Shown here: in pieces, positions 50,304-60,139 of the stretch
Numbering within the stretch: the first letter of the stretch is position 1
How the letters are laid out: every line of letters starts with the position of its first letter
Source: Eukaryota sp. GEM-RC1
Taxonomy: Eukaryota
Direction of reading: 5' to 3'
NCBI GenBank assembly: GCA_040285855.1
Contig: JAUFOQ010000001.1
Coordinates: 744,001-808,000 of the forward strand
Length of the DNA stretch: 64,000 bases
The notes under the pieces: generated by a model
The model's input: only the letters and a program-made list of their open reading frames with translations
What the model was told of the DNA's origin: nothing
Databases searched by the model: none
Translations under genes and position numbers: made by a program

Positions 50304-50975
50304 ATGCACTCTTCATCTCCACCACGCAAACAGAGTCGATTGTGTCCATCTCCTGTTGACGCATCTCTGGTAGATCCTACACGGGCGGATTACTCTTCTT
50401 CTGACCTTCCCTCCACTTCAAACACTCCTTCTTTGAGTGCTTCTACGTGTAAACCTAAAGCTGTCCCCAAACGTAAAGCTACTTTCACAGCTACTTCCAC
50501 AGCTACCACTTCCACTACTACTACTTCTACATCAAAAACTCCATCACTAGAAACTTTATCTTTACAAATTTTAGAGTATGCTCAGGTCAAAGGTTCTTTC
50601 ACCTTGAAAAACCTAGAACAAGACCTACAAGTGGGTTATAGAAGGTTGTACGATGTCCTCAACATCTTATTAACAACTCCTTTATTCCATTCCACAAAAG
50701 AAAATGGAACAACAGTCTACACTTGGTGTGATGGATGCACTACAAATGACCCATTAACCATAGCTACACTGTCCTCTGACCTGTTCCTAAGTGGCGTACA
50801 GTTGCACGAATCCATTATTAGATGCCATAAACTGGAACAAGTTTTGAGAAGTGATATGAAGAAAATCAATATTGATGAACTTTGTGCTGACTTTGTGAGG
50901 AAGAGTGAAAGTGGTTGTCCTATGCCTGAGCATATAGATGCAGTGTATAGAGACATTGCTAAGGGTTTGTGGTGA
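50304..50975 (+). CDS. E2F/DP-family winged-helix transcription factor-like protein
   Basis: SLETLSLQIL..FTLKNLEQDLQVGYRRLYDVLNIL..VYTW: the E2F/DP RRxYDxxN signature with flanking SLxxL and YxW. Confidence 0.85.
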   Translation: MHSSSPPRKQSRLCPSPVDASLVDPTRADYSSSDLPSTSNTPSLSASTCKPKAVPKRKATFTATSTATTSTTTTSTSKTPSLETLSLQILEYAQVKGSFTLKNLEQDLQVGYRRLYDVLNILLTTPLFHSTKENGTTVYTWCDGCTTNDPLTIATLSSDLFLSGVQLHESIIRCHKLEQVLRSDMKKINIDELCADFVRKSESGCPMPEHIDAVYRDIAKGLW

Positions 50976-51126
50976 GTTTGTTTAATTTTCTTTAATATTT
51001 AATAAAAATTCTTATCCACACATTCATGTCAATGCTTAACACATACATGGCTAATGAGAACTAACACATGTATAGATTTAAACTCCAACTGTTGAAACAA
51101 ATTTGTTCCCACATAAATCACTGTGA

Positions 51127-52203
51127 ATGTTACCACTTCTGAAACGTTCAAGAGATTCAGGAGCTCTACGAGAGGACATGACCTTGGTACGAGGTGATGT
51201 ACCCAAATCTCGGTCAATTAGCATTCAACAGTCCTTGAAAGGGCTGATCTTACTGCACTTGGCTAGAGGTTTCTTCTCTGACTGTTGCAACATTGATGCC
51301 ATCTCACAGATGCCAATTTTCTTCTACATGTTCGGCCTTGTCAGTAGTGATTGGGTCTTCTGTACTGAAATAGCTATCAGGGTATTTCTCGAAACCCATA
51401 CTTTTCGGTATACTCCAGGTGAAGTTGATCCTGGCTTTCTCAATGTAGTTTCCTACTATGGTGCTACTCTTCATTTTATTACCCTTTCGTTACATAACCG
51501 CTGGGAGAATGTACACGAAGATGACCGCTCCCTGATCCTCGCGAACGCAACTGCAGTGACAAAAATTTACATGTCTGTGGATGATGACTCAATGTTAACT
51601 TGGATACAGTCAACAGCCAACGAAATGTTCCCTCGCCTTCAACAAGTACATTTATTAATTCTTAACAACATTTCCCATACAATGTTGATTGAAGTCTTAA
51701 GTGAAAGTACCAAAATCGTCCGAATTGATTTGCAAAGCAAGTATCGCGAAAGAATTAATCTGAGATTAAATATGTTCTCAACAGTTTTACCAGTGAATAC
51801 TAGTTTAACTCATATCAGCTTTACGCGTAATTCTATTGGAGATGATGGTGCTCTTTTATTATCCAGAGCTTTGGAAAAGAATGCCACTCTAAGAAGTCTT
51901 AATCTCAGTAACAACTTTATTGGCGACTTTGGTGCAATTAACCTCTTCTTGTGTGGAATGGGAACACTCACTATTTCAAAATTATCTACTCTCGATCTAA
52001 GTCGTAATAATATTACCAATTCCGGTGCTGTTGCAATTGCTCAATTCCTAAGACAGAATTTTACCTTACGTTCTTTGGATCTTAGCGAAAACCGTATTGG
52101 AGTTCACGGTAAAGAATCACTGTTGCATCTCAATCAGTATAAGGTAAATCCAATGACTCTGGACGTTGCCAAACAAAGACCTGTACGAGAGCAATTCTTA
52201 TGA
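51127..52203 (+). CDS. RI/NLRC3-like LRR protein
   Basis: C-terminal NxTLRSLxLSxNxIG repeats; intact 358-aa ORF. Confidence 0.85.
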   Translation: MLPLLKRSRDSGALREDMTLVRGDVPKSRSISIQQSLKGLILLHLARGFFSDCCNIDAISQMPIFFYMFGLVSSDWVFCTEIAIRVFLETHTFRYTPGEVDPGFLNVVSYYGATLHFITLSLHNRWENVHEDDRSLILANATAVTKIYMSVDDDSMLTWIQSTANEMFPRLQQVHLLILNNISHTMLIEVLSESTKIVRIDLQSKYRERINLRLNMFSTVLPVNTSLTHISFTRNSIGDDGALLLSRALEKNATLRSLNLSNNFIGDFGAINLFLCGMGTLTISKLSTLDLSRNNITNSGAVAIAQFLRQNFTLRSLDLSENRIGVHGKESLLHLNQYKVNPMTLDVAKQRPVREQFL

Positions 52204-52349
52204 ATGTAATTGTATTAATATAATTATCATTAGTACTCAATATTTTCTAAAATAAATATAACTACAAGCAATAGACTGGAAGTAGTTAGATGGGGATAGA
52301 TATATAGATGTTGAACACAAATTTGTTGTTGCCACTAAAATCTGTGCAA

Positions 52350-53317
52350 ATGTTCCCACCTTTGAAGTGCAGCAGAGATGAGGATGATCACATGTATGTA
52401 TCAAACCCAAGAGATCCATCTAAACCAAAAACTATTGATCTTCAAGAGTCTTTGGTGGTATTGATACTGTCACACACCGCGAACCGTCTTCTGTGTCAAT
52501 GTTCATGTGAATTCCTGTGTTCTGCTAAACTTCCTTCTTTCTTCAGGAAGTTTGGATATCTAAGCGAGACTTGGTTTGATCTCGCTAGATGTTCTGTAAA
52601 GAGATTCTTTTCCAACAACACCTTTTCACTTTCTGCTCCTTTACACTCTTGTTTTTTCCCCGTAGCTGCGTTCTTTTCAGCTAAGATACAGTCTGTGAAC
52701 TTATTTTTGTTTGACAGTATCGAAAAGCAAGAGGTTAAGGACCGCTGTTTAATCTTGGACAAGGATAATACATATGCTGTGGGACAAATTTATACATGTA
52801 TCAGATGTGATGATTGTCTTCCATCTTTAAATCTTTCTACAAATTTATTTCCCCGTCTACAACATCTGCATGCTCGTGTGTTTCCAGAGGTAACTGGCGA
52901 TGTCTTGTATCCTTTTTGAAGTCTAATTCAACTATTACCAGTCTTTGTCTTTACACAAAGGGTCGCTTTTCCAGATGTTTCGGAATGAAGGATGTATTAC
53001 GAGGTAATATGTCTTTGCTTCATGTTGATCTTTCTAACAATTTAATTGATGACAAGGAAGCAAAGTCTCTACTTCAAGCTTTAAGATGTAATTCTACTTT
53101 GAGAAGTCTCGACCTCAGTTGTAATCTGATTGAGAATTTGACTGCTGCTAAAATAGACGAATGTTTAAGTACTAACAGAAGTTTAAGAACTCTTGATGTT
53201 AGTATGAACTACATATCCGCAGAAAATGCTGCTGAGATGGCCTTGTATGTGAAATTAAAGAAGTTGGCATCTTTGATTTCTATTGATGTTTCTGATCAAG
53301 AATTATACATTAGTTAA
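52350..53317 (+). CDS. RI/NLRC3-like LRR protein, tandem paralogue of 51127-52203, one frameshift at ~52880
   Basis: MFPPLKCSRD vs MLPLLKRSRD, FPRLQ shared; LRRs lie in the -1 frame (52814-53317). Confidence 0.75.
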
Positions 53318-53423
53318 TTTATAAAATTTATGTTTAAAATATTTACTAATAGATAGTTAATAGAACCAATCCAATGTCAAAGAGAACAATTCGTCTCAAC
53401 ACAACTAAGAAACAAATAGACAT

Positions 53424-54477
53424 TTATTGATCCCTAAACCGTCTTCCAAATCGTTGCTGCAGTTCTTCATGTGTTAAAGAAGCATTTAAATCTTTAACTC
53501 CAGATAGTAAGAGTTCAAGAACAACAATATCATTTGACATCTTAACCAAAGCATCATCTACTTCATTAATAACCTCGTCATCAATTAGAATAAAATTCTG
53601 AATTCGAGAGAATAGATCATTGTATAAGTAAAAAGGAAACTCTTTCGAAATGAGTGTAACAAGGTAAATAACTATAAGAGAGCAATGACAGTGATCATTA
53701 GTGATGGCAAAAGGTTGGTATGCATTGAAATAAAGGTTACTGGAGAATCCAACATTATTAGTGACATTAGACTTGGTGTATTCAATCATCTTCTGAACTG
53801 GCGATAAAACAAGTGAATGATTTAAATGTCCAGAAGAATAAATTGTAACATAATATTCCATGTGAATAAGTCGGAATTTTAAAACATGCCAAGACGCATT
53901 CTTAGAACAAGGATTGGCATCCAAAGAAAAAAGCAGTGAAGATTGTACGACCAGAGTACAGCTCATTCATAAAAGTGTGGCCAACAGAAGTACTGAGAAA
54001 AGAATACGTATTTTGCAAAAAGGAAAGACAGCTGGTCACAGGAAGATACAAAGTTTCCAAAGAAGAACGTACAAGAAAATAAATTGACATGTCAATCAAA
54101 GGAATTGAAATGTGATCTTGTACAAGGAGCTGATGAAGAATAGATCTCGGCTTGAACAACTGAGAAATATCCAAGATAAAGGGATAAGTCTTTCTAACAA
54201 TGGGGATGATGGATTCAATGTTGAATCCAAGAAAACCATCACCTTTACGTTCAACGAGAAGATTGAAAGTAGTTGAATTAAGTAAAAATTCTTGACGATG
54301 ATCATAGATATTCTTAGATTCATCAAAAGTTTCTGAATGTTGCTGAAAGTCCAGAAGATACAAAGGTCGCCGTGCGTATGAACTACGACTGGATTTTGCA
54401 AAATACTCACCTGATTTGGTGTATTGGATGAAAGATCCAATTTCCACATAGATGGTGGTAGGAAGGTTTATGTACAT
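53424..54477 (-). CDS. Island orphan protein, probably one gene split at a T6 run (~53930)
   Basis: Overlapping 191-aa and 180-aa ORFs; no recognisable motif. Confidence 0.5.
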
Positions 54478-54555
54478 GTAGAAAAGAAAAGTGAACGAAA
54501 TGAACTAATTTGTTATATTGAATCATGAGAAAAGGAAATTCAGTTGCCTTACACC

Positions 54556-54951
54556 ATGTCCATCCCAATCTTTGATAAGCTACTGGATGAGTTTCGATCT
54601 GTGACAAACAAAACAGGTGATGTATTCAAAATTGTTTATGACCGGAACGGTGGAGCTTCATGGTTTGTTGGACTGCCTGACATTGAGGGTGTGGATCGTA
54701 CGACTGCCCCAATACAGGTATACTTCCAATACGTCATTAACCAACATTTAATCCCTGCTCTTGAATCGAATGATGTCGAATCTTTCCCTGGTGCTGTGTA
54801 CCTTCTGCACTTTTTGGCCAATTCAAATTCTGAATTGGCAAAGAATTCTGAAAAGAACATTACAGGCCATGTAATGGGTAAAGTTGGCGGAGAATACGAC
54901 AAGCAAACGGTAAAAGAGCGACGTTCGGATACTTATTATACATCTGAGTAG
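54556..54951 (+). CDS. Island orphan protein (~131 aa)
   Basis: Open frame with ATG, divergent from the 54477 gene, protein-like composition. Confidence 0.5.
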   Translation: MSIPIFDKLLDEFRSVTNKTGDVFKIVYDRNGGASWFVGLPDIEGVDRTTAPIQVYFQYVINQHLIPALESNDVESFPGAVYLLHFLANSNSELAKNSEKNITGHVMGKVGGEYDKQTVKERRSDTYYTSE

Positions 54952-55625
54952 AATTTAAAATTATTTCTTTGTACTGGATCCTGCAGATATACCTTTAATT
55001 TTCTGTAGATAACGAGTTTCGAAATTTTGAATAAAAAATTGGAATCAATTACTACAATTTTTGATCCAATATTCTTGATTCGTAATCGTCTAAATATTCT
55101 CTCTTAATTTTAAAACCGACAATTTCGTCGATATATAGATTTTTTGCCAACTCCAATGAATAAAACACTACATGTACCAACTTCAAATTTCAATCCACAT
55201 TTGTCAGGTTCATAGATAATTTGGTCTGCAAGATATAAAGATTTGTTAATTGGAGGACCCTTGAGATTTTTGATTAGTTGATCTATATGTTGCGCAGTAA
55301 TAACTTCTGGACTTAGGTGCCAGTCTAGCTCAAGAATTTGTCGATGAATATCTGCAATTTCCTTTTGATCTTCTTCTATTGGAAATGAAACATGATAATT
55401 ACACTTAACTTTTTTTGTACGCGTCAAATTCCACTGTAAATTGGCGCAGGGAATTTAGAGTAATAAAAATCTTATTAATTTATTTTGAATGTGATACTAT
55501 CAGTTGACTGATAAGTTTTGTACAACACTCTTATTTTTTTTGCAGATCTTCAACAGATCTTTATCTAAGGAAAAGTAGTTTCAACAACATTGTTGTTCAA
55601 GAAGACATGAAGAAAGAACAGTCTT

Positions 55626-56100
55626 CTATGAGTCTTCTATGAGATTCCCCTCAAAGTCAAATAGGTAGCTGATATCGTCAGCGGATTGCGAACGATCATG
55701 TGGTTTATCACACATTAACGTTGTTTTTTCGGATTTAGTAAGATGAGGTCCCAGGTATTCAATGATTACCAAATTACCTTTTAAGTCGATCATACTAAAA
55801 ATTCCCGCATTGGCTCCTGGAAAGGAAGAAGGGCCAACATAAATAGGCACAAGAAGTTGGGTTAGATGCATCAATTGACCATAAGGGATCGACGTAACTT
55901 CCTCGACTGACATTCCAAAAGTACGAAATAGGATTTTTAGTATTTTTTGTCCAAAGTTCTGCTTTCCTCCTGGCTTCATCACAAGAAGTAACAATGCCAG
56001 TGTACTCCATTATAATTATTCTAGGTGGGAGCATTATGGTGACAAAAACACCTAATCCTGCATCTTTAATGGTGGACGGCTTCACCTCGAGAGGAACAAA
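55626..56100 (-). CDS. SET-domain-like protein with two tandem SET N-terminal halves (frameshifted)
   Basis: VKPSTIKDAGLGVFVT..IIMEYTG..SYFW..IDAS and YVGPSSFPGANAGIFS..IIEYLG..SYLF. The ORF track labels 55795-56085 as + but the translation is from the - strand (GTG at 56085, TAG at 55795). Confidence 0.65.
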
Positions 56101-56328
56101 AGCTCCTCAATTATTATAAAAACAATACAACGCTACAAATGTTCTCTTTTTTTTGGCAGAAAGCAGTGACCTAGCTAATAATGCATGGGGTCTGGAATTC
56201 TGGTCCCGGATCAATCACTTCTTGAACTTGATTTTCATTAATCATTTCTGGCGCTACAGATTCTTCATTAAACGAATTTAAATAATCAGAATATTGTAAC
56301 ATGGGATTAGAGAGTGCGTCTTACATCT

Positions 56329-56649
56329 TCAGCAACTTTCTTGAAGTATTCGTTGAAACTGATCTAAAGATTGTACATTAAAATTCGAAAATCTAAATGT
56401 AGGAGCATGAGAAGCCAGATCAAATGTTATTCTTTTTCCTTTAAACAGAAGCATAAATAAATTTTCAGGTCCCCCTAATTCATTTGATCTAACATCTCTA
56501 GAATTTTTGGAAATTCCTTTAATTTTCTGTAGATAACGTTCCGTGAAGTTGTCTATCATATAAAATTCTCTCCCGGTAAAAGGATGATTCGGCTGCTCAA
56601 AGAATTCAAAACGAGCAACAGTCGCTACAGGAATACCTTGTTCTATCAT
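56329..56649 (-). CDS. Small island orphan; paralogous fragment near 54960-55430
   Basis: RYLQKIKGIS-encoding sequence (ttaattttctgtagataacg) is present at both ~54995 and ~56520. Confidence 0.4.
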   Translation of the reverse strand: MIEQGIPVATVARFEFFEQPNHPFTGREFYMIDNFTERYLQKIKGISKNSRDVRSNELGGPENLFMLLFKGKRITFDLASHAPTFRFSNFNVQSLDQFQRILQESC

Positions 56650-58709
56650 TTGATCTTCTTTTTCGGTAAAATTTCGCTCGAGATTTGCTGTTGTTGGTAC
56701 ATTGTTGGATGGCGAAAAGAAACTGTGGTTGACTGGAGGCGATCTTCATTCTTAATTTTGTTGCTCTCAAAAGAATTCAGCTTGTACAGTTCAATCCAAT
56801 GCTAATAGTGGCACTAATAGTGGAACTTCGGGTAGTTTTCCTTTTGCTAAGTAATTACCACGCTCGGAAATCTGTAGACAGTTGGATTGTTAACATAGGT
56901 AGTGAACTTTACAAGTTTTAAATTGAGTACAGTAAAACCTTTACATCGAAAACCTCTTCATCAATAGTGAAACTTTTCTTTAAATGCCGAATGCTGCATA
57001 TTCTGTTTACGAGAAATAAACCGCTATTTCTAGTTCACTCTATAGGATATCTTCAAAGATCATTCGGTCCCAAACGTGATTTTTAACTATAACTATAACT
57101 ACATTGGTTTTAAGTAATGCGCAAAACACGGCCAAACTATTATATGTGTGTCACACTGATTAAAATTTTACCGTACCGTGTGATTGCAAAATTTAGTATT
57201 AAGTGTTTTGTAATTTAGAAAAACAATTTTTTTAATGTATAAAAAGACAAATTGGAAAAATTGTTACTAATAGTACTTCAAAAATGACTTTGACTGCCGA
57301 CCAGTGGATTTCATTGCCATTAGTCATTACCTCGAAACAATTATCCATTGACTTCATGAAGAGGTTGTCATTCACAATGATACAGTAGAGTTGGAAAATC
57401 CAAACATAATGTGAGTTTGCAGATCAGAAAATGAGGTAGTACAAGTTGAAGAAGTAAATCCAGAAGAAGATTGATCCGAGTAGATCCATTGAAAAAATGG
57501 TACATTCATAAGCATCCGCTTTCAATTAAGAATTGTATTTTTTAGTGAGTTGCTACAATAAAACATGTATACTAGTGTACTTGTCCAAGAACTGTCTTTT
57601 TTACTGTGCTTAGAAAGCAAAATAACCAAGTTTGACGGATATTCCTTTACCTTTCGAAATTTTAAGGTCAAATTGAGGAATGACTTAAAATAGATTCGTC
57701 TGTTGAAATGGTGAAACTAATTACTAACTGCAATCTCATTTGGTCTGTATATTTACCACTTCATAACCATTTATGATACCCGGATAAATAACAGTTGTTC
57801 GTCATTATCATTTTCATTCCTAGAACTTCATTGAATCAGAATACCTTGTGTTCCACCTAGAAAGCTATTAGACTCTCGAATGTATAAATGTTCACTAGGG
57901 TTCCAGATTTCTGAAGCGAATCGAGTCCCATTACTGTCATGTTCATCGTATATGACTTTAATGCCATCAACATATCAGTTACCTAACGTTTTGATTTTTT
58001 ACGCAAGAGTCTGCTTCCACAGCTAAATTATAGTACTTAATTGATTCATCAGTATTTTGTTCCAGGTAATCACCATTCCATAACAAACACCCCATTGTAT
58101 CCATTACATCTGCATTTCCCTTGAAAATTGCAAACCTCCCTTGTATGTGTTTGATACTAAAAACGAGCTGTAGACTTTGTGAGGCAGCAGGAATTAATAG
58201 AAGAACTTGTTATCTCAAAGAAATGATGTCCCTGATTCTGCTAGAAAAGTTGCAAAAGAACAAGCGACTGGGGATATCGCGAGTTTTATGGTACGTGTTT
58301 TCTTCCATTTCAAATACACAGCTTCTCTGTCATTCGATGTAACCATAACACGCACATGGATCACCTGAAAACAAAAACACATGCTTCTGTATAACAAGCA
58401 CGAACACTTCCTCCATGTCGCTATGGGATTTGCTCTTTGGGGAAACATCACTGACTTTTCTGACTGTTGATTTGGATGTTCTACACACCAACTATATTCG
58501 GAAATGAGATTCTGCTGTTGGAATGTGGGGTGATTTCACTTCAGCAAGCACAGTATTATGACCGTTTGTTATATTTTTGTCACATGACCAAAATTTTGGT
58601 GTTTGTCTTTTGTATATTTATTCATTTGGTATATTTTGTTGTTTATTTAGGTTGCCTCTTGTTTTATTCGATACACAACATTCTCGAAAAGTGAATATTT
58701 ATTATAGAA

Positions 58710-59410
58710 GTTCTTAAAAGAGCAGATTTTGACTTCCTAATCTATTATACAACTGCTGCGGAACCTGCTGTTGATTCTGCTGAGGCACCTGAAGTTCCTG
58801 ACCTGACTGTGGCTGACCTATATGGGTCCGATGCCGAACCACTTGATCAGTCAGGTCACACTGAAGATTTCTTGTCACTATACAGAGATCTTCAGGCCAC
58901 CTGGACCAGCTCCCAGTCACTGGTTATATCAGAGTGTCCAGTGCTGTCAACGCCTCAACCTCGCCGTCGTTCTCTATCACCTCCTACCAAAGCCGAGTTT
59001 TTGGCCAAGCTGAAAAAGCAGGATTCCAACAGCTAGATTTTAGTCAATTAAAACTCTATTTAATTGACTACTATGATAACAGTGTGCTCTATCCAGCATT
59101 TCAAGTTCAACCCGATGAACTTAGCTTGGATGCCGACCAAACCACCGAATTCTCCGAGTGGTATGCCAACAGGGGCCCAGAAGATGTTATTCTCTACTTT
59201 CTACCAGAAGTAGCAGATGTTCTGGAAGTCGCGGATTTTGATTTCTTGATCTATTACGCCAAAAAAGACCAGCTGATTGTCTTTGATGATGAATCAGCAA
59301 CCGATATCGTGCCAAATATGAAAGGTTCTGCACGTAGAACGCGTTCTAGTAAAAAGAGTTTTGTAACTCAATTTTTAAATGGTGAAAATCCATATTTAGA
59401 TTTGCAATAA
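58710..59410 (+). CDS. Orphan protein, possibly PWWP/Tudor-like C-terminus; -1 frameshift at A5 (~59015)
   Basis: Duplicated ADFDFLIYY motif (~58720 and ~59230). Adding one A joins LAKLKK to AGFQQLDF. Confidence 0.45.
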
Positions 59411-60139
59411 ATTTTGAATAAATGTTTTTATTGTTTCTATTTTTGAAATATATTTGATTTCACCATATCTTTTGTTGATGTTGTTTATATACAACTTATA
59501 CGCAACTACCGAGATGTTGTTTACATACAACTTCGCATCTCTGTAGATGTTGTTTATAGAGAACTAGGTTGAAGTTCTGAATGGATAAAATCCTTCATCC
59601 ATCGAACAGAACTACAAGAAGATGAATTGAACAAAACAAACACATAAGCGAAGTCTGGAATTTGAGTTACCACATTGAAAATTTGAAGGGCAATTCAGCG
59701 TGTCATTTTTCCTTCTTCGAATTCGAATTTCTGTCTCTTCCTTTCAAAATAACGCAGTGTTTACAGCAGTGAACTTGCTCATTCTGTTTTGTTAACCATA
59801 CACTGTGTGGTATTGCAAATAGTACTTCGCCACAGTTGCCATTGGAATGTCTTTAGAAAATCAGAAGAATCGAGGTTACGTTGCTTACCAGAAAACATGA
59901 AATTGGGAATTTGCATTACAGTGGATTACGGTAATCTGACGTAAAGAGAAACAATTGAAGTGAATGTGACCACTGGCGGTATTAAAACTTTAAGTCTATC
60001 CGTTTTTGTGAGATCACGACTCTTTATGTTTGCTCTCACTAAACTGTTTGTATTACAATTTTGCAATAAACGAATGGACTGTAAAGAAGTATCAAATTTT
60101 TAGGTATGATTCACGATTCTAAATTTCTGATTTTCTGCC

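Larger units (their letters stand above)
38565..59621. mobile_element. Putative large tyrosine-recombinase-encoding mobile element / endogenous viral element (boundaries approximate)
   Basis: Compact gene-dense block with YR, cognate-looking repeat sites and replication/cell-cycle genes. Syntenic decayed relatives elsewhere in the window. Bracketed by inverted copies of a ~54-bp hairpin motif. Confidence 0.6.

Noticed and set aside
55795..56085. SET-like ORF on the + strand as listed in the ORF track
   Set aside because: The listed peptide is encoded by the reverse complement, so it is annotated on the - strand.
59477..59565. Mini-CRISPR
   Set aside because: Only three degenerate ~20-bp repeats with 12-15-nt spacers, too short for CRISPR.
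38565..59621. Calling the island a canonical Polinton, virophage or Starship
   Set aside because: No recognisable capsid, A32 ATPase, protease, rve integrase, long TIRs or DUF3435-type captain, and the YR is internal rather than terminal.
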